Positions 51,401 to 59,840 of a DNA stretch of 64,000 nt are shown here, one piece after another; positions within the stretch are counted from its first letter, which is position 1, and every line of letters begins with the position of its first letter. The notes under the pieces were generated by a model. It was not told the origin of the DNA. It did no database searches and was given only the letters and a program-made list of their open reading frames with translations. A program made the translations under genes and the position numbers. The stretch comes from Candidatus Peribacteraceae bacterium (GTDB lineage: Bacteria > Patescibacteriota > Gracilibacteria > Peribacterales > Peribacteraceae): positions 27,044 to 91,043 of the forward strand of contig JAQTSD010000002.1 in NCBI GenBank assembly GCA_028711445.1. Direction: 5' to 3'.

Positions 51401-51463
51401 ATTCGTGCCGGTATGGCGAGAGGGTTTGACCATATCGTTCCCGATAGTTTGTTTACCAAATAA
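48461..51463 (+). CDS. res: type III restriction enzyme, Res subunit (SF2 helicase plus PD-ExK nuclease)
   Basis: Walker A MATGSGKTVVMA, DEAH box INDEAHHCY, motif VI QVVGRALRR, and a C-terminal nuclease core YIPDFIAV...LLIEVTGKK. Confidence 0.88.
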   Translation: MSSDLMEDPILNSPYNEPSRHFGADERGLTQEVVESRRPSSFYIPVPKAKTKQKQLDLHLAEGAFGSELQKENEFINKVRAKIKEWRAIGYSGITKASRDLLMYWKDESRDNKLFYCQIEALETLMYINEVAEKSGDSWIINELKKANADANPGLYRLAFKMATGSGKTVVMAMIIAYHTLNKIRYPQDTRFTDAFVIVTPGITIRDRLNVLHPNDPQNYYRLRNIVSYQDLELLQQATVHITNFHQLEQRQNQRFQVGGVLKAAKLLKEEAMKETPSAMVNRAFKSVLSKSRVLVINDEAHHCYREKPSEQKLSGEERKEADENNKAARVWISGLEALAQKININAVIDLSATPYFLSGSGYAEGTLFPWTTFDFSLLDALECGVVKIPRLPIESDTISIDDEPEFRNLWLHVRDNLPKKGLKTGNYDLSVLILPTKLQEALESLYGNYEKYHREYEKQKKGNPAVMPPVMIVVCNNTTVSELLYRWIAGYERETASGQIKIEKGNLEIFRNEDGVRFFDRPSTLLIDSAQIESGEKISDEFKKIFTKEIADFHKEYHKRFPGREDPTDEELLREVMNTVGKPGKLGENIKCVVSVSMLTEGWDVNTVTHVLGVRAFSTQLLCEQVVGRALRRVDYSVDDSTGLLSPEYAEVYGVPFSFLKATGPTPPQPPKVIHRVRSLPEREDQYQITFPRVEGYRYELNETKLSAHFTEESKTIIENEPTEVTLGGLIGKEEKEMLEKIKERREGEVIIRLVQSLLKRYYTDADGSEKYWLTPKLMKITEEYVKHHVILKDRMVIGYLSVGAYFSGALTKIQQAIVTDNLESQKDRKVLPILAPYDTLGSTRYVDYLTTKEVRETVKSHINYVVADTQEWEQGVAKKLEQMPEVLAYVKNQNLGFTIPYEHQGAAHQYIPDFIAVLKLPDGSKLNLLIEVTGKKDDKKATKIKTARELWVPAVNNNGKFGVWAVIEIQDIHETQNLIRAGMARGFDHIVPDSLFTK

Positions 51464-53946
51464 TGCTTATGCCAAAAAAGAAGCAATCACAGTCTACAAC
51501 TGCAGCTCCGGTAGCCTCGTACAAGCACGATGCTAAGCGGGTGCATATTCCGACACAGGAAGAATCCGTAAAGCTCTCAGCGCGTGAGAAGCAGCCAGTG
51601 AAGAAGAGGTACGACTACGATCCCTCGCTCGATCCACAGCTCATTTGGGCAGGGAAAAAGGAGCAGGGCAGCGAGTTGGCAGTATCGACAGTCCCCATCT
51701 ATGTACAAGAGAAAATTGCACCAGAAGCGATTATTGCACGTCTCAAGGCTGGTACGAGCGAAAATGCACAGATGCTCCTTTTTGGCGAAACTGCAGAGAC
51801 GCAGGTGAGCAAGGCAGTGGAATTCTATAAACATGAGGACAACTGGCAAAACCGAATGATTCTAGGAGATTCACTGCTTGTAATGAACTCCCTTCTTGAG
51901 AAAGAGGGTATGCGAGGCAGAGTCCAGACTGTCTACATAGACCCACCATACGGAATCAAATTCGGAAGTAATTGGCAGGTCTCAACTCGCAAGAGAGATG
52001 TGAAGGATAACAAATTGGATAATTTTGTGCGGCAGCCGGAGCAAGTAAAGGCGTTTCGTGATACATGGGAATTAGGTATTCATTCCTACCTCTCCTATCT
52101 ACGAGATCGCTTACTCACAGCTCGTGAACTACTAACGGATAGTGGTTCGTGTTTTGTTCAGATTAACGATGAAAATGTACATCTTGTGCGCTGTATCCTT
52201 GATGAGGTATTTGGAAGTGATAATTTCTTAAGCATTATTCATTTCAACACTACAGGAGGCTTTGCTACCAATACTCTAAGTCGAATCGGAGACTATATCC
52301 TTTGGTATGGGAAAGATGCTTCCAAAGTAAAATATCGGCCGTTATTCCTAGAAAAAATTGCTATCGAAACAGGAGATAGCCAATATCGATTCTTAGAGCT
52401 TTCTGATGGGACACGACGACCAATGACGCCAGACGAACGTAACGGAATTGAAACTTTGCCCAAAGGATCGAAAATATACCGCTATGGAGATATGTGTGGT
52501 CAAGGAGCAGCAAAAGAACCCACTCCTGTAACTTTTCGGGGAAAGATATTTTTTCCAACAGCAAACAGTCATTGGAAAGCCAATTACCCCAAAGGGGTGG
52601 AGAAGTTGATTAAAGCAAATCGGGTTGAGGCATCAGGGAATACATTGAGTTACGTCCGTTATGTTGAAGATTTTCCCGTGACACCGTATAGCAATATTTG
52701 GATGGATACAGGGACTTCTGGTTTCGCTAGTTCGAAAATATATGTCGTTCAAACAAATGTTGATGTCATTCAGCGATGTGTCTTACTTTCCACCGATCCT
52801 GGCGATATCGTTCTTGATCCAACCTGTGGTTCTGGCACCACCGCGTTCGTAGCTGAACAATGGGGAAGGCGTTGGATTACCATTGATACCTCGCGCGTTG
52901 CTTTGGCTTTGGCTAGAACACGCTTAATGACTTCTAAATTTCCATTCTACAAGCTAAAGGATGAACACTATGTAAGTGCAGGTTTTGAATATAAGACTGT
53001 TCCGCACGTGACACTGAAATCTATTGCCAATGATGAAGAGCCAGAAAAGGAAGTGCTCTTCGATCAGCCCATTGAAATAAAGGAAATTATCCGTGTTACA
53101 GGGCCATTCACTGTTGAATCACTTTCCCCACACCGCGTCTCAGATGCACAAGAGATGCTTTCAAGTGAACGATTTGTTGAGACAGTTATTTCGAACCTTC
53201 TTCAGGCAGGAGTGCAGACTGGCCAGAAGGGGGCAAGAGTGGAGTTCGTGAATCTGGATATTCTTCCTAGCGGGCCAGAAGTGCAGGCTGTTGGGGAATA
53301 TAAGACTGCTGATGGGCTCAAGAAAGTTGCTGTTTCGATCGGCCCAGAGTTTGGCAGCGTCGATGATGATTTCATTCGTGATGCGGCGAAGGTGGCAAAG
53401 AAGTTTTCAGATCTACTTATTGTCGCTGGAACATCATTCGAGGCATCAGCCTTTTCTGAGCCTTCTCAGATCGAAGGTCTGCAGGTCATGAAAGTGAAGA
53501 TCAATCCGGATCTTTCGATGGGAGATCTGCTGAAAAAGACAGGATCAGGGAATCTATTCTTGGTCTTTGGTGAGCCAGAGGTGAAGGTAAAAGAAGTTAA
53601 AGATGGGATGGTAGTGGAGATCCTTGGTGTGGATGTGTATGACCCGGTGAAGAGCGAAATACGTTCCAGTGGCTCAGGAGATCCGGAACACGACATTGCC
53701 GCTTGGTTCATAGATACGAATTACAACGGAGACGCATTCTTCGTCCATCATGCGTACTTCCTTGGTGCCGATAAGCCATACGAGAAATTGAAGAAGGCAC
53801 TCAAGGCAGAAATTGATGAGAGTGCCTGGGAAGAACTCTATTCCACTGTCTCACGTCCGTTCCCCAAGCCGAAAACAGGGAAAATTGCGATCAAGGTTAT
53901 TAATCACTATGGAGACGAAGTCATGAGAGTATTTCAGGTAGATTAG
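51463..53946 (+). CDS. mod: type III (beta-class) DNA methyltransferase, Mod subunit, N6-adenine/N4-cytosine type
   Basis: Motif IV VYIDPPYGIKF precedes motif I VLDPTCGSGTTAFVAEQWGRRWITID. The ATG overlaps the res TAA by 1 nt. Confidence 0.9.
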   Translation: MLMPKKKQSQSTTAAPVASYKHDAKRVHIPTQEESVKLSAREKQPVKKRYDYDPSLDPQLIWAGKKEQGSELAVSTVPIYVQEKIAPEAIIARLKAGTSENAQMLLFGETAETQVSKAVEFYKHEDNWQNRMILGDSLLVMNSLLEKEGMRGRVQTVYIDPPYGIKFGSNWQVSTRKRDVKDNKLDNFVRQPEQVKAFRDTWELGIHSYLSYLRDRLLTARELLTDSGSCFVQINDENVHLVRCILDEVFGSDNFLSIIHFNTTGGFATNTLSRIGDYILWYGKDASKVKYRPLFLEKIAIETGDSQYRFLELSDGTRRPMTPDERNGIETLPKGSKIYRYGDMCGQGAAKEPTPVTFRGKIFFPTANSHWKANYPKGVEKLIKANRVEASGNTLSYVRYVEDFPVTPYSNIWMDTGTSGFASSKIYVVQTNVDVIQRCVLLSTDPGDIVLDPTCGSGTTAFVAEQWGRRWITIDTSRVALALARTRLMTSKFPFYKLKDEHYVSAGFEYKTVPHVTLKSIANDEEPEKEVLFDQPIEIKEIIRVTGPFTVESLSPHRVSDAQEMLSSERFVETVISNLLQAGVQTGQKGARVEFVNLDILPSGPEVQAVGEYKTADGLKKVAVSIGPEFGSVDDDFIRDAAKVAKKFSDLLIVAGTSFEASAFSEPSQIEGLQVMKVKINPDLSMGDLLKKTGSGNLFLVFGEPEVKVKEVKDGMVVEILGVDVYDPVKSEIRSSGSGDPEHDIAAWFIDTNYNGDAFFVHHAYFLGADKPYEKLKKALKAEIDESAWEELYSTVSRPFPKPKTGKIAIKVINHYGDEVMRVFQVD

Positions 53947-53982
53947 TACCCAACTTCTTTATCATATTATGAAACCAAAAAT

Positions 53983-54540
53983 ATGAAAGCTAATCCCTCC
54001 GAGCAGCCATCCATTCATCTCTGTAAACAATGTGGCAGAATTCCTAAAACAAATGAGGATCCCACATTTGTTAACTATAGCTGGAAAGTCTGGGATAAGT
54101 CTCGGGATCGAGGAAGAATCTGCGAATGCGAACACTGTGAACAGCGATTCTTGGAATACGATATTTCAGCAGACTTCTACGGTCCAAAGGCATTTGAAGT
54201 GAGCATAGAAGGTACTGATTGGATTCCCATTACAAAGCAGGAAGTGGATATCCTCAGATCGAACGATGCGGGATGGTGGTACATTAAAAAACTCGTAACT
54301 ACCAGAAGTCATCTCTATAGAGAAAATGGTCGGTATTTTTGGCACAAACTAAAAAAACAAACAAAAGCGAAGGATTTAGCTGATAGCATGCTACGTGCTC
54401 TGAAAGAAGTTAACGAACGATCTATGCGAAAGGGTGGGGGTTGGGTACCACAGTGGGATGAAATGAACGGGAATGAACGTAGGGAATATCTGAAGTTTCT
54501 TGAAGAAAAAACTCGTCATTCCTCAGACAGAGAAGAATGA
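53983..54540 (+). CDS. hypothetical Zn-ribbon protein
   Basis: 185 aa. CKQCG...CECEHC provides four Cys ligands. Basic C-terminal half. Lies in the low-GC island. Confidence 0.5.
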   Translation: MKANPSEQPSIHLCKQCGRIPKTNEDPTFVNYSWKVWDKSRDRGRICECEHCEQRFLEYDISADFYGPKAFEVSIEGTDWIPITKQEVDILRSNDAGWWYIKKLVTTRSHLYRENGRYFWHKLKKQTKAKDLADSMLRALKEVNERSMRKGGGWVPQWDEMNGNERREYLKFLEEKTRHSSDREE

Positions 54541-57018
54541 TTTTTTAACTAGATTCATATTATATCCGCCGCAGTCACATTTAATGCTCGTTGGCATTCC
54601 CTCCTTGTCATTTATCACTTTCAAGAGAGAGCCACATTTAGGATTACTGCATCGGAAAATATCGAATAACTCCTTGTATGCTTCAATGACAGGTTCGAAG
54701 TCTTGTTTCTCAAGTTGGTGCCATTCGTTGAAATGCACGACTGAATTCACAGCCCAACCCTCGCTTCTCGTTCGTTGCATTATTTCCTTTACCACACTTT
54801 CCCATTCTTTGATTTTATCTACTGCATCCTGTTTGTTCCATGAATTTGCTGACTCCTTTGCTTTTGCAAGAATAGAAAGATACGAGCTTATACTGGCTGG
54901 AAGGAAATCGCCGAGATCCCATCTACTGTTCATGTGGTAGGTAACTTTTGCCTGAAGCGCATCACAGACCTCCCTAAAGAATTCTTCTGCTCCACGGCGC
55001 AGTTTGTGTGCAGCGCTTGGTATGTCGTTTTTCTGCAAGTCGGAAGTAATGCGTTCCCAAAGATCAGTTTGAGTATTGACTTGCGGCCCTGAATTAACAT
55101 TCCAGTTATAGAATTCAACAAGTCTCGAAGATTTAATTACACCCTCACTTTTCAATTGATTTGCCCATGTCCTATCATGAGTGGTAATTAAAAATTGCCG
55201 ATGTGGGAATTGTTTCTTTAACAACAAACACAGCTGCTTTCTATGTTCGGAATCCACAGACATTACGACATCGTCCAGAATAATGAGATCTAGGATTCCT
55301 TTGGTCAGATAGTCGCTCAATGCAAGGAACAGACATAGTCCCATACTGTCTTGGTGCCCCTCGCTGTGTAAGGCATGCGGGGGGTGGCATCCTCTTCCGT
55401 AGAAATCGACTTCAAAATCAAGGCCAGCTCCTGATGGCTCAATAACTGCCAAGAAGTTTTCCTCGTCAGAACCGTGTAATTCTTTGTAGAGGGCAACGAA
55501 TCGATCTCGAATTGCCTCGTAGAGTGATGCAAGTACTTCATCTCTAGCCTGCTCAAAGGCACTTAAAAGCATTTCCGCCTTTGACAGTGCTGATTCAAAT
55601 TTCATTAGATCCTTCTTGGCCGTTTCATACATCTTCAAATTTTCCTCGAGTCTTATGAGAGTATCCAAAGCAGTTCGTTGAGGTGAAACTGTCTTTCGTA
55701 TTTTTGCCTCGGTCAGTACCTCAGACATCGTCTCCGCTCTGGAGCTGGGAGCAAATAATCCTGCAACATCTTCAGATGATTGTTGCGCCACCGGGTAGCC
55801 CTCGACAGCAGCATCAACTTCAAAGAGTAAAACCATTTTTTCAAGTTTTTTTAACCATTCGTCAAACGCATCCTTCGCTTTTTCCAAGTCCAATTGTTGC
55901 GCGGCAGTTCGGATGTTCTTTATGAAAGCGATTGCCTCACTGTAGTGTTTCTTCATCTTCTGAGCTTCTGAAGTAATTGTATCCACCTGGCCTGCTGCCT
56001 TTTTCGCCTCCTCGCTTCGCCTTTCGAGATGTGATTGTAGCTTTGCTGCATCCCATTGAGTATCACAGAGAGGGCATTTTCCCGAATCATCCAGAAGTTC
56101 AATTCCTCTCGATATCAGCGAGGAGTGCTTATGAGCACGAAGTAGTTCAGAGTTAGACCTAATATCGTTAAGTGCTTTTCGTAAAGCTGTTTCTGCCTTG
56201 AGGAGGCTTGCGGTATGTTCATTCCCAAGAAGTTTATTGAGACCCTCAATGTCCTTTTCTAAGAGGGCGGGGTTGGGATTCTTGGCGTTGTCTTTTTTCT
56301 CCTCTTCAACCCCTTTTAACTGCGACTTAATTTTGGTCGAATGCAGCTCAGTGATCGGCTCCCCACCAAGAATCTTACGATGACGATTAACTTCGGCAAG
56401 GATCGCTTCTTTGTCGTCTTTCTGGAGGCCGGCATTCGTTCGTATGCTGGTCAAACACTTCTCCACGGACTGCACTGCAGATTTATGAGCAGCACTTGCC
56501 TTGTTCTTTGCACTCACAATCGCTTGTCTGGCCTCTTCGATATCTGAAATGTTCAGTAGTTCTTGAATTTCCTCAGCGCGCTTTTTTGACTCCGAATGAA
56601 CGTACTTCAGTATTTCTCTACGGGTGAGCACATGCTGGCCTCTTTGTGCAAACAAAATAACCGGTTCCATTGCTCTAATCACATCTTTCGACGCAATAAG
56701 AGTGTCCGGTTCTTTCATGCATCTACTGATTTCTACTGGCTGATCAAAAGCTTCTAACTTGATCTTTGCAGTCACGACTACCTCCTCTGGGCTTTCGGCC
56801 GCATCTATATGCGGGCCATGTTTCTTGACTGAGATGCCCCGTGTACCCACTCCGCACAAGCGGGCAATTTTTCCAGTAAGAAGAAAATCGATTGCATCAA
56901 CCACGGCGCTTTTCCCAGATCCATTCGGTCCTGCAATAGCAAAGTTATCTCCTCCGACTTCAAAGGAAGCCTGACGAATGCCCCGAATATCTTTGATGTT
57001 AATACTAATAATCCTCAT
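54523..57018 (-). CDS. SMC/Rad50-like ABC ATPase with CxxC zinc hook and C-terminal Zn-ribbon domain (RloC/AAA_13-like?)
   Basis: Walker A AGPNGSGKSAVVDA. Long coiled-coil interrupted by GKCPLCDTQW (nt ~56065-56076). Signature/Walker B HSEGHQDSMGLCLFLAL...LIILDDVVMSVD and D-loop/H-loop ITTHDR. ~210-aa C-terminal extension ending CSNPKCGS...CDCGG. Confidence 0.8.
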   Translation of the reverse strand: MRIISINIKDIRGIRQASFEVGGDNFAIAGPNGSGKSAVVDAIDFLLTGKIARLCGVGTRGISVKKHGPHIDAAESPEEVVVTAKIKLEAFDQPVEISRCMKEPDTLIASKDVIRAMEPVILFAQRGQHVLTRREILKYVHSESKKRAEEIQELLNISDIEEARQAIVSAKNKASAAHKSAVQSVEKCLTSIRTNAGLQKDDKEAILAEVNRHRKILGGEPITELHSTKIKSQLKGVEEEKKDNAKNPNPALLEKDIEGLNKLLGNEHTASLLKAETALRKALNDIRSNSELLRAHKHSSLISRGIELLDDSGKCPLCDTQWDAAKLQSHLERRSEEAKKAAGQVDTITSEAQKMKKHYSEAIAFIKNIRTAAQQLDLEKAKDAFDEWLKKLEKMVLLFEVDAAVEGYPVAQQSSEDVAGLFAPSSRAETMSEVLTEAKIRKTVSPQRTALDTLIRLEENLKMYETAKKDLMKFESALSKAEMLLSAFEQARDEVLASLYEAIRDRFVALYKELHGSDEENFLAVIEPSGAGLDFEVDFYGRGCHPPHALHSEGHQDSMGLCLFLALSDYLTKGILDLIILDDVVMSVDSEHRKQLCLLLKKQFPHRQFLITTHDRTWANQLKSEGVIKSSRLVEFYNWNVNSGPQVNTQTDLWERITSDLQKNDIPSAAHKLRRGAEEFFREVCDALQAKVTYHMNSRWDLGDFLPASISSYLSILAKAKESANSWNKQDAVDKIKEWESVVKEIMQRTRSEGWAVNSVVHFNEWHQLEKQDFEPVIEAYKELFDIFRCSNPKCGSLLKVINDKEGMPTSIKCDCGGYNMNLVKKSFFSV

Positions 57019-57208
57019 TGGTTCTTAGTGAAGAAAGGATATTCACTAACTTTTCAGCATCTTTATTCTCCGAGACTAACCATGCCTTTATTTCTTCAGC
57101 GCAAGCCTTCAATTCATCCTTTGTAGTCAGTTTTACGATCAGTTTTTCGACAATCTTCTCGTAGAGAGATTTTGGTATTACCCCAGTTATCTTTGGAGCT
57201 TCTGGCAT
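57005..57208 (-). CDS. hypothetical small protein upstream of the ATPase
   Basis: 67-aa helical ORF that overlaps the ATPase start by 14 nt, consistent with translational coupling. Confidence 0.4.
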   Translation of the reverse strand: MPEAPKITGVIPKSLYEKIVEKLIVKLTTKDELKACAEEIKAWLVSENKDAEKLVNILSSLRTNEDY

Positions 57209-57488
57209 GTTGAAGATTCTGGCCCACCCTTCCCCTCTATGTAAAGAACAACATACTCCGTTATTGCATACGAATCTTCTGATCTTTTAGCTCCAACTAC
57301 TCTTCAAATTGTCGAATATTTGACGTTTTTCCTCAGTTGAGCCGTTCTTCAAAAATATTTCACATACTTCCGCTGATTAATCTTCCGCGCCTTCTGCCTG
57401 TCACTGATCCCCAGCACATCGCTTGCGAAGCATGAGAACCGCTCGAACTCGTCGTCGATATTCCTCTTCACTGCCGACAGTTGGGCCT

Positions 57489-57977
57489 TCACGGTGCCTC
57501 CGTATTCCCCGCACTAGGATTCGGATCATTCGGATCCGGACAATCCCCGTCGAGATTCGCTTGCGCATTGCACAGAGTCCCATCAACTCTCTTGCACATC
57601 GGTGTCGCCGTCCCCACGCCTTCCACCTGTCCGCCCGTAATCGCGCAGAAGATCTCTGCATCATTCTCATACCCGGTGATCTTCACTCCGCCCACGGGAC
57701 ATTGACCGCGGAAGAGCGCCCATTCCTCACACTGTCGATTGTCCTCGAAGAGACATACCCCGTACTCCCCCTTCTTGTTGTTCTTCATGATGATGGTACC
57801 GCCGTTTTTCAGACAATTCTCCGTGGCAGGATTCGCGATCGAAGCCCCCGGGGTCCCTGTTGCATCGTTCGCGGGAGGAGTCTGGCATCCGGCGAGCATC
57901 GTGAGCGTGAAGAGGCCGAGCAGTACGGGGATTTTTCTTATGGGGGAGCGGGGGAATTGCGCTTGGAGTGTAGTCAC
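57489..57977 (-). CDS. DUF333 domain lipoprotein
   Basis: Lipobox LTMLAGC. ANPATENCLKNGG...GEYGVCLFEDNRQCEEWALFRGQC matches DUF333 (putative hemolysin, COG3042) and is followed by a second Cys-rich module. GTG start. Confidence 0.7.
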   Translation of the reverse strand: MTTLQAQFPRSPIRKIPVLLGLFTLTMLAGCQTPPANDATGTPGASIANPATENCLKNGGTIIMKNNKKGEYGVCLFEDNRQCEEWALFRGQCPVGGVKITGYENDAEIFCAITGGQVEGVGTATPMCKRVDGTLCNAQANLDGDCPDPNDPNPSAGNTEAP

Positions 57978-58004
57978 TCACTCGCGGATGAATCAAACAG
58001 CCCT

Positions 58005-59171
58005 TCACGCCCTCCTCTCCTCGTGCACGAACCCCAGCATCCCCGCGGCGATCACGGTGAGGACGAGCGAGAAGATGAAGGGTGCGGCGATGCCGACGCG
58101 GTCCCAGAGGATTCCCGCGATGAGCGAGGCCGGAAGAATGCACAGGCCGATGACCATCTGGAGGCCGCCCAAGGCGCTGGCGACGAAATCCTTGGGCGCG
58201 AGCTCCGCAGCGAACGCTTTCTGTACAGGCTCCAGCGCCGCCTTGTGCAGGCCGTAGAAGACGAAGGCGATGACAACGGCGCTCATGCCATTTGCGAAAG
58301 CGAGGAGTGCGAGCGTGGCCGCCCAGAAAGTGAGGGAGAGCAGGAGGACGGGCTTGCGGCTCTTGCGGTCGGCGAGCTTGCCGAAGAAAATCGAGAAGAG
58401 CGCTGCCGTGAGCGAAAAGAGCAGGTAGAGCACGGGGATCGCCCCCACGGAGAATCCCGCTTGTTTCGCAAAGAGCATGAGGAAGGAGTAGCTGAAGTTC
58501 CCAAGAGAGAAGATCGCGCTCAAGGAGATATAGAGCTTTAGATTGCGCGTGAGATCCGTGAGGCGGATGCCCTTGAAGATCTTTCCGGGCGTAGCCGTTT
58601 CCCGGATGAAAAGGAGCACGAGCAGAACGGCGAGGACGGAGGGGATAGCGGCGATGAGGAAAAGCGTGCGGTAACCGATGTGCCCGACGAGGAGGATGGA
58701 GAGAACGATCCCTACCACTGCGCCGGCATTGTCCATCATGCGCAGGATGCCGAAATTTCTCCCGCGGTTCTCGCGGGTGGAAATATCGGAGAGGATGGCG
58801 TCACGCGGGGAGCCGCGCATCTTGCCGCTGCGGTCGAGGAGGCGGAAGGGGATCACCCATTGCCAGGTGAGGGCGATGGCATAGCCGGCGTGCGCGATAC
58901 CGCCCAGGAGATAGCCCGTCCAGACGAAGATTTTGCGCTTGCGGATGCGGTCGGAGATATATCCGGAGACGGCTTGGGAGACGGAGACGATGGCATCTCC
59001 GAGACCGTCGATCAATCCGACAACCTGCATGTTTGCGCCGAGCACGCTCGTGAGGAAGAGCGGCCAGACGGAGAAGATCATGTCGGAGCCGGCATCGTGG
59101 AGGAAAGAGGCGATCGAGAAGACGCGAACGGTCTTCCTCGTCTCACGTTGATCGATGGAGTGGGGATCCAT
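58005..59171 (-). CDS. MFS transporter
   Basis: 12 predicted TM segments. The SDRIRKRK loop between TM2 and TM3 and LADRKSRKP in the second half are the MFS signature loops. Confidence 0.85.
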   Translation of the reverse strand: MDPHSIDQRETRKTVRVFSIASFLHDAGSDMIFSVWPLFLTSVLGANMQVVGLIDGLGDAIVSVSQAVSGYISDRIRKRKIFVWTGYLLGGIAHAGYAIALTWQWVIPFRLLDRSGKMRGSPRDAILSDISTRENRGRNFGILRMMDNAGAVVGIVLSILLVGHIGYRTLFLIAAIPSVLAVLLVLLFIRETATPGKIFKGIRLTDLTRNLKLYISLSAIFSLGNFSYSFLMLFAKQAGFSVGAIPVLYLLFSLTAALFSIFFGKLADRKSRKPVLLLSLTFWAATLALLAFANGMSAVVIAFVFYGLHKAALEPVQKAFAAELAPKDFVASALGGLQMVIGLCILPASLIAGILWDRVGIAAPFIFSLVLTVIAAGMLGFVHEERRA

Positions 59172-59222
59172 GTGGGCGGAGTATACGCTATGGGCTGGAA
59201 GCCGTAAGACAGGCTATGAGTT

Positions 59223-59840
59223 TCAATCCTTCCTGAAGATGCAGCTGAAGTCGTATTCCACTGGCCACATATCTGTGATGCAGACTTTGCACCCGTGTGC
59301 GGTGAAGAGGCTGATGAGATCTTCGCGCGAGAGACGATTTACAGAATCACGACGCAATACATCGGGATTTTGGGATTGGTCCGCATTCGGGGAGGAATTA
59401 TCGATGGCGGCGAAGGCGATGAAATGTCTTGCAACGCGTGCGAACTCCGCAGCACTTCGGGAGCATTCCTCCACGGTAAGGTATTGAAAAATATCGTTGC
59501 AGAGGAGCACGTCGAAGGATGCGTCGGGAAAGGGGAGGTGGAATGACTCGCCGAAGGTCATCCACTGCTTCGAGGGCGCGTGCTCCAAACAGTAAGGTGA
59601 CACCTCTGTTCCCCATGCTTCGAAACCCAAGCGCCGAAGAACCAACATCGTCCCCCCCATACCGCAGCCTACATCGAGGAATGTCCAATCCGGTTGCGGA
59701 TGTACGTGATCGATAACCGCTTGCACGAGATCAGTCATCTCTTCTTCGAAGCGTTCAAGGTAATCGTCATAGCCATCTGTCGTGTAGTACGCGTAGTCGA
59801 ATTGACGGTAGTACGCTTCCCGGGCGGAGACGGGTTTCAT
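59223..59840 (-). CDS. class I SAM-dependent methyltransferase
   Basis: Motif I FLDVGCGMGG and post-I acidic LGFEAWGTEVS. Motif II FDVLLCNDIFQYL. 4-nt overlap with the upstream ATP-grasp gene. Confidence 0.85.
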   Translation of the reverse strand: MKPVSAREAYYRQFDYAYYTTDGYDDYLERFEEEMTDLVQAVIDHVHPQPDWTFLDVGCGMGGTMLVLRRLGFEAWGTEVSPYCLEHAPSKQWMTFGESFHLPFPDASFDVLLCNDIFQYLTVEECSRSAAEFARVARHFIAFAAIDNSSPNADQSQNPDVLRRDSVNRLSREDLISLFTAHGCKVCITDMWPVEYDFSCIFRKD

